A stretch of DNA of 41,028 bases from an uncultured Gammaproteobacteria bacterium (GCA_964409635.1 CAYPEL010000002.1:1-41028); one strand, 5' to 3'; positions 8,367 to 18,148 are shown, numbered from the stretch's first letter. Made by a program: numbers and translations. The notes: a model not told the origin generated them from the letters alone.

Positions 8367-10433
8367 ATGGATACACCCAATCTTTCCCAGCCTGATCTGT
8401 ACATCAATCGCGAGCTAAGCCTGCTCGAGTTCAACCAGCGGGTACTTGCCCAGTCCCGTGATCCGGATACGCCGCTACTGGAACGGCTGAAATTCCTGTG
8501 TATTGCCAGCACCAATCTTGACGAGTTTTTTGAAATCCGTGTGGCCGGTGTCAAACAACGGATAGAATCGGGTTCGGTACAGGCGGGGCCGGATAATTTT
8601 TCGCCGACTGAGGTCATGAACAGCATCAGTAGCCGGGCGCACCAGCTGGTCGACGAACAATATTATGTGCTGAATGAGGAGTTGATTCCGGCTCTGGAAG
8701 CAGAGAAAATCCGCTTTTTACGCCGCGCCCAGTGGGATGAAAAGCAGTCCGCCTGGTTGCGCCAGTTTTATGATCATGAATTGCTGCCGGTATTGAGTCC
8801 GCTGGGGCTGGATCCGGCACACCCGTTTCCTCGCATCCTCAATAAGAGTTTAAACTTTATCATGTCGCTGGAAGGTAAGGATGCGTTTGGGCGTTCCAGC
8901 GGTGTGGCCATTGTGCAGGCGCCTCGTTCCCTGCAACGGCTAGTGCACTTTCCTGAAGAATGTGCCAGTGGTCCTTATGATTTTGTGTTTCTCTCCTCGA
9001 TCATTCATGCCTATGTTGATGATCTTTTCCCGGGCATGAAAGTGACCGGCTGTTATCAGTTTCGGGTTACCCGTAACAGCGACATGTTTGTGGATGAAGA
9101 AGAGATCGATGATTTATTGCACGCGGTAGAAGGTGAATTACTATCGCGGCGTTACGGTGACGCCGTGCGCCTCGAAGTCGCGGATAACTGCACCCATGCC
9201 ATGGAAGAATTTTTGCTCGGCCAGTTCGAGATGGGCGCGATCGATTTATACCGCGACAACGGGCCGGTGAACCTGAACCGTTTGTTGGCAATCTATGACC
9301 TTGTCGACCGGCCGGATCTAAAATACATGCCGTTTAAACCGCGGCGTCCGGCGGGCATTTCGCCGGATACTTCTATGTTTGAGGCAATGCGTGGCGGCGA
9401 TATACTGTTGCACCACCCCTTTGATTCGTTTGTGCCTGTGATTGATTTTTTAAAGCAGGCCGCAGTGGATCATAAAGTCCTGGCAATCAAACAAACGCTC
9501 TACCGTACCGGCCCTGACTCTGCGGTGGTTAATGCGCTGGTAGCGGCTGCCCGTGCAGGTAAGGAAGTCACGGTGGTGATCGAATTGCGCGCCCGGTTTG
9601 ACGAAGAGGCTAATATCAAGCTGGCTAACCGGCTGCAGGAGGCCGGGGCGCATGTGGTCTACGGTGTTGTCGGCTACAAAACACATTGTAAGATTATGCT
9701 GGTGACGCGCCGGGAATCGCGCCGTCTGCGTCATTATGTGCATTTGAGTACCGGTAACTACCATGCCCGAACCGCGCGGCTGTATACCGATTATGGTTTG
9801 ATGACCTGTGATTCGGCGATGGGGCGTGACGCACACCGTGTGTTTCAGTTGTTGACCAGCCTGGGCAAAGTCAAACAGCTCAAGAAAATGCTGCAATCCC
9901 CTTTCAATCTGCATCAGTCGATGCTGCAGAAAATTGAACGCGAAGCCAATCTGGCCGGTGCGGGTAAAGTGGGAAAAATTATTATTAAGTGCAATGCGCT
10001 GATTGAGCCGGAAATCATTCGCGCACTTTATAGTGCTTCACAGGCGGGTGTTAAAATTGAATTGATTATCCGCGGCGTCTGTTGTTTGCGGCCCGGCGTG
10101 CCCGGTGTGTCCGATAATATTACCGTGCGTTCGATCATAGGCCGGTTCCTTGAGCATACCCGGGTGTTTTATTTTAATAACCAGGGCGAAGATGAATTGT
10201 ATTTATCCAGCGCTGACTGGATGGATCGTAACTTTTTCCGGCGGGTGGAAATTGCCTTTCCGGTCGATGATAAAAAATTGCGGAAACAGATTGTCAGGGA
10301 AGGTCTGAATGGATACTTACAGGATAATACCGAGGCCTGGATTCTGCAGCGCGACGGTGTTTACAAACGCCGCAACAGGGCAAAAAATCAGAAACCACGC
10401 AGTGCACAAAATGCCTTGCTTGGGCAGGCCTAA
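8367..10433 (+). CDS. ppk: Polyphosphate kinase 1
   Basis: N-terminal YINRELSLLEFNQRVL and two PLD-like HKD-type regions (GYKTHCKIMLV, GRFLEHTRVFYF). Length is ~688 aa from the ATG at 8367. Confidence 0.95.
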   Translation: MDTPNLSQPDLYINRELSLLEFNQRVLAQSRDPDTPLLERLKFLCIASTNLDEFFEIRVAGVKQRIESGSVQAGPDNFSPTEVMNSISSRAHQLVDEQYYVLNEELIPALEAEKIRFLRRAQWDEKQSAWLRQFYDHELLPVLSPLGLDPAHPFPRILNKSLNFIMSLEGKDAFGRSSGVAIVQAPRSLQRLVHFPEECASGPYDFVFLSSIIHAYVDDLFPGMKVTGCYQFRVTRNSDMFVDEEEIDDLLHAVEGELLSRRYGDAVRLEVADNCTHAMEEFLLGQFEMGAIDLYRDNGPVNLNRLLAIYDLVDRPDLKYMPFKPRRPAGISPDTSMFEAMRGGDILLHHPFDSFVPVIDFLKQAAVDHKVLAIKQTLYRTGPDSAVVNALVAAARAGKEVTVVIELRARFDEEANIKLANRLQEAGAHVVYGVVGYKTHCKIMLVTRRESRRLRHYVHLSTGNYHARTARLYTDYGLMTCDSAMGRDAHRVFQLLTSLGKVKQLKKMLQSPFNLHQSMLQKIEREANLAGAGKVGKIIIKCNALIEPEIIRALYSASQAGVKIELIIRGVCCLRPGVPGVSDNITVRSIIGRFLEHTRVFYFNNQGEDELYLSSADWMDRNFFRRVEIAFPVDDKKLRKQIVREGLNGYLQDNTEAWILQRDGVYKRRNRAKNQKPRSAQNALLGQA

Positions 10434-11929
10434 GCATAGCGTAGTTTTACATCCATATTTTTTAGTATCTTTTTTTCCGTTTCCAGGCTGGATTCGGTCA
10501 GGCGATTTGACGATAACCATTGTTCGGGAAATGTCAGGTCTATTTTGTCAGTCTCGGCGGTGACTTTGATTGCCGGCAGCGGTTCGTCTGAACGGTCACG
10601 GTTTAAGATCACGGCCAGGCGGAATAATATTATCAGCTTTAAACCAACGGCTTGCATCGAGGCCGGAATCATATCGAGCATGGCCGGTTTTAGCTTGCGC
10701 CTGTGGGCGAGAATTAAGGTCGCCAGAAAATGTTGATCGCGCACGGAAAATCCCGGTAAATCCGAATTTTCTATTAAGTAGGCACCGTGTTTATGATACC
10801 GGCTATGCGCAATTACCAGCCCTGCTTCGTGTAGATAACTTGTCCAGTGCAACCATTGTCTGGCGGCCACCGTATCAAGATCCCAGGCGCTGGCGGCCTG
10901 TTCCAATAAATTGAGCGCGGTAGCTTCAACCTGTTGTGCCTGTTGTAGATCGGCTTGATAACGTTTGGCGAGTGCGAGCACGGTGGCTTCGCGAATATCC
11001 TGGTGGTGCAGGCGCCCGGCCAGGTCGTAGATAACTCCTTCGCGTACTGCGCCGGACGAATGCAGCATGCGATCGATTTTTAGCGCATCAAACACGGCAC
11101 TGAGGATAGCCACACCCCCTGCGAAAACCGGCCGGCGGTTTTCGCTCAGACCTTCAAGTTTAAGCGCGTCGGCGTGACCCAGGTCAATCATTTCACTGCG
11201 CAGTTTTTTCAATGCCCCGGGGGTGATGCCGTTTTCACTCCAGCCGGCCTGTGTCACCACATTGCGGATGGCGCGGATGGTGCCCGATGAGCCGGTCGCC
11301 ATCGTCCAGCCCAGTTTCCGGTACACCCTTTTGATCGGTTGTAATTCCAGACGTGCAGCAAGTATGGCTTGATGCATTGCGTCTTTGGTAATGGCGCCGT
11401 CAGCAAAAAAGCGCAGACTCAAGCCAACGCAGCCCATATACAGACTTTCCAGTTTTATCGGGTCAATTCCTGCGCCGATGATCAGTTCGGTACTGCCGCC
11501 GCCGATGTCCACAACCAGCCGTTGACCGCCAGGGTCTTGCAGGCTGTGCGCCACACCCAGATAAATCAGGCGGGCTTCTTCGATACCGGAGATGACTTCG
11601 ATAGAGTGGTTCAGGGCTTGTTGAGCCTGGTCAAGAAAGCCGTTGCAGCTTTGCGCTTTGCGCAGCGTATTGGTGCCGACTGCACGCACACTGTCCGGGG
11701 CAATGTCGCGCACCCGTTGCCCGAAACGGTGCAGGCAATCCAGGGCCCGCTGGGCGGCTTTTTCGTCCAGGCAGTTGTTCTCGTCCAGGCCTGACGCAAG
11801 CCTGACGGGTTCCTTGAGCCGATCCAGGATCTGCATTTGATTTTCCTGCAGCCTGGCAACAATCATGTGGAAGCTATTGGAGCCAAGGTCAATAGCGGCC
11901 AGTACAGAAGGAGTGTCTTTGTTATTCAA
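10430..11929 (-). CDS. ppx: Exopolyphosphatase (Ppx/GppA family)
   Basis: ASKHA motifs AAIDLGSNSFHM and DIGGGSTE. 499 aa. Convergent with ppk. Confidence 0.9.
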   Translation of the reverse strand: MNNKDTPSVLAAIDLGSNSFHMIVARLQENQMQILDRLKEPVRLASGLDENNCLDEKAAQRALDCLHRFGQRVRDIAPDSVRAVGTNTLRKAQSCNGFLDQAQQALNHSIEVISGIEEARLIYLGVAHSLQDPGGQRLVVDIGGGSTELIIGAGIDPIKLESLYMGCVGLSLRFFADGAITKDAMHQAILAARLELQPIKRVYRKLGWTMATGSSGTIRAIRNVVTQAGWSENGITPGALKKLRSEMIDLGHADALKLEGLSENRRPVFAGGVAILSAVFDALKIDRMLHSSGAVREGVIYDLAGRLHHQDIREATVLALAKRYQADLQQAQQVEATALNLLEQAASAWDLDTVAARQWLHWTSYLHEAGLVIAHSRYHKHGAYLIENSDLPGFSVRDQHFLATLILAHRRKLKPAMLDMIPASMQAVGLKLIILFRLAVILNRDRSDEPLPAIKVTAETDKIDLTFPEQWLSSNRLTESSLETEKKILKNMDVKLRYA

Positions 11930-12081
11930 TTTAGTTCTGCGGGCGATTTCTTCGATGCCGTATTTTCAGGGAGTTGGCCCGCTTTCTCAAGGCTTGTATA
12001 GGTTTTACTGCGATTTTTCTAGGAAAATGATGAAATTCCGCTCCGGCAGTGTAGCCGGTGAATCAGAGATGACTGGGAGAA

Positions 12082-13290
12082 CTAATCCTGAACAAGTTGC
12101 TGGCGCATTTGACTCGCCCACTTTAGGGCTTCCAGATAACAATTCCTGATTTCCGGCATCGGCAGTAATTGGCAGCGCACGGCTTCCCAGTTGCCGCGCT
12201 CATACGCCAGTACACAGCTCAGGGTTTCCCCGTGCGTGCCTGCCTGTGACAGAAGGGCATTGGATATGTGGTCTGCGAGTGGCAGCTGGGTAAGGATTTC
12301 TTCCATACTGTTGTCCATCAGCGCGTCCAGCGCAGAAAATAAACCCACTGTAAAGAAGGATTCTGGGTTCGGTAATTGCATTTTTGTCGCCAGTAGCTCG
12401 GCCATTTTACCGCGGATCATGGCCATGACGACCAGTTCAACAGGCTTGTTATCCACGGACGACATGGCCAGCAGCAGGCTCCAGCTTTTAATATTCTGCA
12501 GGCCCACCAGCACGACGGCTTCGTGGACTGATTCGACCTTGCGCGGCAGCGACAGGGAGGCCGAGTTTACATAGCGCAATATGCGGAAACTCAGGGCAAT
12601 ATCCTGGCTGACCAGGTCTTCGAGTTGTTTGGCTGTTATCGATGGATCCTGCAGTTTGCCGAGCAGATTAAGAATAGACAGTCTGTTATTGGGCAGGCGC
12701 TGTCCCTGGATAATGACGGGCTGGGCAAAGAAATATCCCTGGTAATACTCGAAACCTAATGCTACGCAATATTGGTACATTGCCTGGTCTTCAACTTTTT
12801 CTGCGAGCAGCTTTAGCGGGTATTGGCGTAACGCGTTTACATGTTCACGAATCTGTTCTCTGTCGAGCGCCATCACATCGATTTTGATGATTGAGGCTAT
12901 TTCTACAAGCGGCCTTAATGCTTCATTAAAAATAAAATCATCCAGCGCCAGTAGGTAACCCTGATTTACAAAACGGCGTGCGGCTTCAATGACTTCCTCG
13001 TCAGGGTGGATGTCTTCCAGTAGTTCCAGCACAACCCGGTCTTTAGGTAGAGAAATAGGCCGCTCGTCGACGATAAAACTGCGCGTCAGGTTGATGAAGG
13101 CCAGGCGGTCACCAACAATATTATTGAGACCGATTTCCATGAACGTATTGACAATGACATCCGCAGTTGCCTGGTCGCCATCGGTGATGCCGGCCCGGTT
13201 GATTTCGTTATCCCGGAACAGCAATTCGTAGGCATAGACATTCAGATCGCGGTCATAGATTGGCTGCCTGGCAATGTAGATATCACTCAT
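12082..13290 (-). CDS. EAL plus HDOD domain protein (COG3434/YuxH-like c-di-GMP phosphodiesterase)
   Basis: N-terminal QPIYD...YELLFR with NLT, ELLE, DDF, KID, AEKVE and QGYFF motifs. The C-terminal half is HDOD-like. Confidence 0.8.
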   Translation of the reverse strand: MSDIYIARQPIYDRDLNVYAYELLFRDNEINRAGITDGDQATADVIVNTFMEIGLNNIVGDRLAFINLTRSFIVDERPISLPKDRVVLELLEDIHPDEEVIEAARRFVNQGYLLALDDFIFNEALRPLVEIASIIKIDVMALDREQIREHVNALRQYPLKLLAEKVEDQAMYQYCVALGFEYYQGYFFAQPVIIQGQRLPNNRLSILNLLGKLQDPSITAKQLEDLVSQDIALSFRILRYVNSASLSLPRKVESVHEAVVLVGLQNIKSWSLLLAMSSVDNKPVELVVMAMIRGKMAELLATKMQLPNPESFFTVGLFSALDALMDNSMEEILTQLPLADHISNALLSQAGTHGETLSCVLAYERGNWEAVRCQLLPMPEIRNCYLEALKWASQMRQQLVQD

Positions 13291-13527
13291 GGTGGATCAG
13301 TCAGTCTTCAGGGTTCTGATAACGAAATTACGCAACTTATTTTCTGCCGTATTGTAGCCAATATTGATAACTGGGGTTGTCTTATTTTGTCGGCTATAGC
13401 GGGTAACTATTAAGCGCATTGGCTTAGTTGCAGAGGTAAGCGGCGATTTTTTAGTGGTAGTTGAGATTTATTCTCAAGACGGCCACAGTAGGTTCAACGG
13501 ATTTTTCTAGGATAACAGGTAGGCATT

Positions 13528-13550
13528 AAAAAACCCGACGCTACCGGGTT
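13528..13550 (-). terminator. Rho-independent terminator candidate after rpmG
   Basis: The minus strand reads ACCCG-GTAGCGT-CGGGT followed by TTTTTT, about 28 nt downstream of the rpmG stop. Confidence 0.55.
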
Positions 13551-13576
13551 CGTGGAAACAGATCAAAGCTACTCTG

Positions 13577-13732
13577 CTACTTAATCTTGGCTTCCTTGTA
13601 GGTTACGTGTTTGCGCACCACCGGATCGTATTTTTTCAGTTCCAGCTTGTCGGGCATGGTACGTTTGTTCTTGGTGGTGGTGTAGTAGTGGCCGGTACCG
13701 GCACTGGATACCATTTTAATTTTATCGCGCAT
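13577..13732 (-). CDS. rpmG: 50S ribosomal protein L33
   Basis: Hand translation gives [51 protein letters not shown]. At 51 aa it falls below the ORF-track cutoff. Confidence 0.95.
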   Translation of the reverse strand: MRDKIKMVSSAGTGHYYTTTKNKRTMPDKLELKKYDPVVRKHVTYKEAKIK

Positions 13733-13743
13733 GGTTGCTTCTC

Positions 13744-13980
13744 CTAGACCTGTTCGCCGCGGGAACGCATGCTGGCGAGGACGTCATCGATCCCCTTCTT
13801 ATCAATTATGCGTAGCCCTTTTGTCGAAATACGTAATTTAACCCAGCGGTTTTCACTGGCCACCCAGAAGCGGTGAGTATGCAGGTTTGGCAGGAACCAG
13901 CGGCGGGTTCGGTTTTTGGCGTGGGACACATTATTGCCTGCAATCGGCCGTTTGCCCGTGACCTGACACACTCTGGACAT
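13744..13980 (-). CDS. rpmB: 50S ribosomal protein L28
   Basis: [34 protein letters not shown]..., 78 aa from the internal ATG at 13980. It lies directly upstream of rpmG. Confidence 0.95.
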   Translation of the reverse strand: MSRVCQVTGKRPIAGNNVSHAKNRTRRWFLPNLHTHRFWVASENRWVKLRISTKGLRIIDKKGIDDVLASMRSRGEQV

Positions 13981-14179
13981 GGTTATTTCCTCAAAATCTG
14001 GTTGCACCGGGGCATTGGCCCGCTAGTGGGAACCGCGTTTTATACCAGAAGCGCCAGAGACCCTCAAGTCCGGCGTGAAAATACATCTCAATAAAGGCTG
14101 GCGGTAATGATCCTGGAAAGCGCCGCTCTGGTTGAAGTTAGGGTGTATAAGTTGACTTATAACTCAACTATATGCAAAT

Positions 14180-14273
14180 ATCTTTAATTATTGCGCTATA
14201 AATCAATATATAATTATTGCGTTATTTATCAAAAATGTTATTATTAAGGCATTAATATGATCTTTAAATCAAT
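14180..14273 (+). promoter_or_regulatory. AT-rich hipBA leader with direct repeats (candidate promoter/HipB operators)
   Basis: TAATTATTGCG occurs at 14185-14195 and 14211-14221. TAAATCAAT occurs at 14199-14207 and 14265-14273. ATCTTTAA occurs at 14180-14187 and 14260-14267. A possible -35 TTGCGT (14217-14222) and -10 TATTAT (14239-14244) are present. Confidence 0.4.
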
Positions 14274-14275
14274 TT

Positions 14276-14521
14276 ATGCACCCAAATACTCTGATCAGTG
14301 ACATCATTGCTGCAGCCAAATTGCAACGTATCTCCCAAGGTGAGCTGGCCAGACGGGCGGGCATTCGGCCCGAGACCCTGTCGAGGGCAAAAAGCAACCC
14401 GAATATCCGTCTGCAGACCCTGCTCGATCTCGCCGCCGTGGTTGGCTTACGTTTGAAACTCATCCCGGATCACCCGGTGGCCGAGCAGATTGACAGCGGA
14501 ACCTTGTTCCCACCGGCATGA
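14276..14521 (+). CDS. hipB: XRE-family HTH antitoxin (HipB-like)
   Basis: 81 aa with an HTH (ISQGELARRAGIRPETLSRAK). Its stop overlaps the hipA start (ATGA). Confidence 0.8.
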   Translation: MHPNTLISDIIAAAKLQRISQGELARRAGIRPETLSRAKSNPNIRLQTLLDLAAVVGLRLKLIPDHPVAEQIDSGTLFPPA

Positions 14522-15891
14522 GTACCGACCGGGAAGCGGTGGTCTGGACGCGTTTGGGTGGAACCCCGCAACGCATGGGGCGGCTTTATGTGACGGATAC
14601 GGATTGCCGTTTTACCTACGACCCGGCCTATGTCGAGACCGGCCAACCTGGACTCGGCCTGGTTTATGCCACTGAGTATTACCAGGCAAAGACGCTGTCG
14701 CGGCCGCGAAAAAAGCCGTTTGATTTGTTTCCACCGTTGCAATCGTTGATTCCTCCCGCACAGGAAGACAATTTTCAGCGCAATCTGGCGCTGAAGTATC
14801 TGGCCTCACAAGGCATCAAGGATCTCACGGGTTTCGCCGCCGATTGGGAGATCCTGAAGGCTTCGGGGCATGGCGGTATCGGCCACCTGGATCTGTTTCC
14901 TTCAGATGACAAGGCCGGTCAATGGTATAGCACAGTGCCCGCCCACCGGCTGACTGAGATCAGTGATGAACTCGGTTTTACACTCAAGGAGTTCATGACC
15001 TGGTTTGACGAAGACATCGAGATACTGATCCAGACTGTGGGTCCTACCCCGAGCGTTGGCGGCGCCATCCCGAAGCTTTTGTTGTCGATCCCGGCGTCCG
15101 GCTGGGATGGCCGTATCGGTCTGCCGACCCGTGAAACCACGCCCGGTGTCACCGATGTCGTGTTGAAGTTTGAGCAGACCACGCGCTACCCCGGCATCAT
15201 CGAACTCGAGGCCATGGCATTGGATATGCACCGCCAGGCGGGTTTTGAAACGCCGCGCTATTGGCCGTGCCAGTTCAAGGGGATGCCGGCGCTGGCGGTT
15301 GAGCGATTCGACCGTGATACAGACAATCATCCGCTGTGTATGGAAACGCTGTATTCGATCCTGGCCTCCGGTACGCTGTTACGCAATCACTATGATTACC
15401 GTTACGACCTGATTGCGGCTGCAATCGATCAATCTGCGGTGCGTATTGCCACCGATGCGGTGGCGGCCAAGGAACACCTGTTCAGCTGCCTGATCATGTC
15501 GATGCTGACCGGTAATGGAGATTTACATTTAGAGAATCTCGCCATTCTGACACGGGACACTACCCGCGCCTTCACGCCCATTTACGATCCAACGCCGATG
15601 CGTGCCTATTCACAGCACGACATGCTCAGCGTGATGCCCTTTGGTGGCTATGGTGAGTATCCTGAAGGCAGCGATAAGGCGACCTGTTTTGTCGAAGCAA
15701 TTTCACAACTGAGTAAAAGCTTTGGTCTCAGTGCGGCGCGTTTGGCTGAACTGCTTACTGGCTTGCTGGAGGCCACAAAAGACTATGAGTCGAGGGTTAA
15801 CGCGCTTGAGACCGTCCCGGATGAGAACCGGGAGCGTTTGATTAAACGCATCACGGAGGTGAGGGGGCCGTTGGTGTCGATGCTGGATTAA
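14518..15891 (+). CDS. hipA: HipA-family serine/threonine kinase toxin
   Basis: 457 aa with a HipA N-terminal coupling region, GGAIPKLLL, and catalytic loop GNGDLHLENLAIL. Confidence 0.85.
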   Translation: MSTDREAVVWTRLGGTPQRMGRLYVTDTDCRFTYDPAYVETGQPGLGLVYATEYYQAKTLSRPRKKPFDLFPPLQSLIPPAQEDNFQRNLALKYLASQGIKDLTGFAADWEILKASGHGGIGHLDLFPSDDKAGQWYSTVPAHRLTEISDELGFTLKEFMTWFDEDIEILIQTVGPTPSVGGAIPKLLLSIPASGWDGRIGLPTRETTPGVTDVVLKFEQTTRYPGIIELEAMALDMHRQAGFETPRYWPCQFKGMPALAVERFDRDTDNHPLCMETLYSILASGTLLRNHYDYRYDLIAAAIDQSAVRIATDAVAAKEHLFSCLIMSMLTGNGDLHLENLAILTRDTTRAFTPIYDPTPMRAYSQHDMLSVMPFGGYGEYPEGSDKATCFVEAISQLSKSFGLSAARLAELLTGLLEATKDYESRVNALETVPDENRERLIKRITEVRGPLVSMLD

Positions 15892-15926
15892 TTTAGTGTG
15901 ACCTTTACTTTATCCGAATTAATACG

Positions 15927-16042
15927 TACGTTGATTATGTGCCCCATGATTCGCAGACCCGCTGTGAATACATCCCTGTACGCTCAGCGGCAGCTTCCCT
16001 GCTGCCGATGGTCTGCAAATCATGGGGCACATAATCAACGTA
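15927..16042 (-). repeat. 116-bp palindromic structured element, copy 1 (32-bp arms, 52-nt conserved core)
   Basis: The arms 15927-15958 and 16011-16042 are reverse complements with 1 mismatch. The core 15959-16010, read on the minus strand, matches the core of the element at 34278-34329 at 42/52 positions. The strand is chosen from a G-U wobble and a GGGA tetraloop, so it is tentative. Confidence 0.8.
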
Positions 16043-16170
16043 GTAGATGTACTGAAGGGCGAATGCATCCGATCCAACAGTTCATTCTTAAAGCGTGGCT
16101 ACACAACAGGGTGTGTGTTAGCAACCATAGGATGAATACCCGAAAAATTGATGGGTAAGTAAACTCCATC

Positions 16171-16845
16171 CTACAATTGTCCGCGCTCTGCCAGTGAAAC
16201 AATTTCCCCGTCGCCGATAACCAGATGATCCAGAACCGGTACATCAATGAGCGCCAGCGCTTCGCGTAATCGTTTCGTCAAGCGGACATCCGCCTGGCTG
16301 GGTTCGGCCACGCCGGACGGGTGATTATGCGCGAGAATCACCGCTGCGGCGTTGTGTGCTAGACAGCGCCGCACGACTTCACGCGGATAAACACTGGCGC
16401 CATCAATCGTGCCCTGGAACAAGTCTTCCATAATGATGACGCGGTTGCGGTTATCCAGGAACAGACAGGCAAAAACCTCGGCTGGGCGGTTGCGCAGCCG
16501 GGCGCTGATATAGGCCCGGGTGTCGTCAGGATTTTGCAGCGCGTCTTCGCGTTGTAATCGCTCCAGGGTATGCCGCCGCGCCATTTCCAGTACCGCCTGT
16601 AACTGCGCGTACTTGGCCGGCCCGAGGCCGTGCTGCCTACAAAACTGCTCAGCATTGCTGTCGAGCAGGGCGCGTAATCCACCAAATTGTGTAATCAGCG
16701 AACGCGCCAAGTCGACAGCGCTGCTGCCTGCCACGCCGGTGCGCAGAAATATGGCGAGTAATTCAGCATCGGACAGCGTGCCGGGGCCGTGCTTGAGAAG
16801 TTTTTCGCGCGGCCGTTCATCTCTTGGCCAGTTAGGAATTGCCAT
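16171..16845 (-). CDS. radC: RadC-family JAB domain protein
   Basis: 224 aa with N-terminal PRERLL-type helix-hairpin-helix region ([26 protein letters not shown]) and JAB/MPN motif ILAHNHPSG. Confidence 0.9.
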   Translation of the reverse strand: MAIPNWPRDERPREKLLKHGPGTLSDAELLAIFLRTGVAGSSAVDLARSLITQFGGLRALLDSNAEQFCRQHGLGPAKYAQLQAVLEMARRHTLERLQREDALQNPDDTRAYISARLRNRPAEVFACLFLDNRNRVIIMEDLFQGTIDGASVYPREVVRRCLAHNAAAVILAHNHPSGVAEPSQADVRLTKRLREALALIDVPVLDHLVIGDGEIVSLAERGQL

Positions 16846-16921
16846 GACTACCTCCTTGTAGGTGTAGGATTATCCGCCGGAGTCCTTTCCAGCACCTTCT
16901 TTCTGTTAAACTTTGAGGCAA

Positions 16922-18148
16922 ATGAAAAGCTTAGTCAACAAACGTATTCTGCTTGGGGTCACCGGTGGCATTGCAGCCTATAAAAGCGCCGAACTGGTGC
17001 GGCTACTGGGCACCGCAGGTGCTGACGTGCGCGTGGTGATGACACGCGCAGCACAGGAATTTATTACCCCGCTGACATTGCACGCGCTGTCGGGACAGCC
17101 AGTTTACAGCAATTGGTCTGAGCTTGAAGCGGCAATGGGCCACATCGAACTGGCGCGCTGGGCAGACCGCATCCTCATCGCACCCGCCAGTGCTGATACC
17201 ATTGCCCGACTGACGCAAGGCCGGGCGGACGGCTTACTCGATGCGCTGTGTCTGGCCAGCGCAGCGCCAATTCTGCTGGCGCCGGCCATGAACCGGGTGA
17301 TGTGGGAAAAACCGGTGACGCAGGACAACATTCGGTTATTGCAACAACGCGGGGTTGAAATTATTGGACCCGCAGCAGGCCAGCAGGCCTGTGGCGAGAC
17401 CGGTCCAGGCCGTTTGCTTGAGCCGGAACGGGTGTGTCAGCAGTTGGCTGATTCTTTTGCAACGGGTGAACTGTCTGGTCTGAAAGTGCTGATTACGGCA
17501 GGCCCAACGCGCGAAGCCATCGACCCGGTGCGTTGTCTGAGCAACCGCAGTTCCGGTAAAACCGGTTATGCGATTGCTGCCGCCGCCCAGGCTGCAGGGG
17601 CAGAGGTTATGCTAGTGAGCGGGCCGGTTGCACTCGCTGTGCCGGACAAGGTGCAGCGTTACCAGGTAGAGTCGGCCGCACAGATGCTCGATGCGGTACT
17701 TGAGCGAGTGGAGGCGTGCGACCTGTTTATTGCCACGGCCGCGGTGGCCGATTATCGCCCTGTCGAGATCGCTGATCAGAAAATTAAAAAAAGCGCTGCC
17801 CGCTTAAACCTGCAACTGGAAAGAACAACCGATATTCTGGCGGCAGTCGCGAGTCTAAAAGAGGCGCCATTTTGTGTCGGATTTGCCGCCGAAACCAGGC
17901 AGCTAGAGAAAAATGCACAAAAAAAACGCCTGGCCAAATCCCTTGACCTGGTCGTTGCCAACCTGGTCGGCGCTGGCCTCGGTTTCGACGTCGACGGCAA
18001 TCGCTGGCATTTATTCTGGGAAGGCGGTTCAACGGTGTTTGCACAGGCCTCGAAGACCCAGCTGTCCCGGCTGTTAATCGAAAAAATCTCTCATTTATAT
18101 AAATTAAAGGCAACGCGCAGTGGCAACCAAGAACAACATTCAGCTTAA
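16922..18148 (+). CDS. coaBC: Bifunctional phosphopantothenoylcysteine decarboxylase/synthetase
   Basis: N-terminal flavoprotein motif [14 protein letters not shown] and a C-terminal CoaB domain. The ATG at 16922 is preceded by GAGG. Confidence 0.9.
   Translation: MKSLVNKRILLGVTGGIAAYKSAELVRLLGTAGADVRVVMTRAAQEFITPLTLHALSGQPVYSNWSELEAAMGHIELARWADRILIAPASADTIARLTQGRADGLLDALCLASAAPILLAPAMNRVMWEKPVTQDNIRLLQQRGVEIIGPAAGQQACGETGPGRLLEPERVCQQLADSFATGELSGLKVLITAGPTREAIDPVRCLSNRSSGKTGYAIAAAAQAAGAEVMLVSGPVALAVPDKVQRYQVESAAQMLDAVLERVEACDLFIATAAVADYRPVEIADQKIKKSAARLNLQLERTTDILAAVASLKEAPFCVGFAAETRQLEKNAQKKRLAKSLDLVVANLVGAGLGFDVDGNRWHLFWEGGSTVFAQASKTQLSRLLIEKISHLYKLKATRSGNQEQHSA

Noticed and set aside
12082-13290. 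A possibly degenerate EAL domain (ELL instead of EAL, no DDFGTGYSS).
   Set aside because: The main catalytic positions (E, N, ExxE, DDF, K, E, Q) are all present, and the ELL variant is normal for the active YuxH/COG3434 family. It is therefore not treated as unusual.
15959-16010. Whether the conserved 52-nt core is a small self-cleaving ribozyme (hammerhead or twister type).
   Set aside because: I could not place the hammerhead CUGAUGA...GAAA core or a convincing twister consensus. CTGAGCG and AAGCTGCC are only partial look-alikes. This remains open pending covariance-model scans.
15898-16247. ORFs 15898-16158 (+, 86 aa) and 16035-16247 (-, 70 aa) in the hipA-radC spacer.
   Set aside because: Both run through the palindromic element, so each partly translates the reverse complement of itself. 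They are Cys/Arg-rich with no SD or motif, and the second overlaps the radC 3' end.
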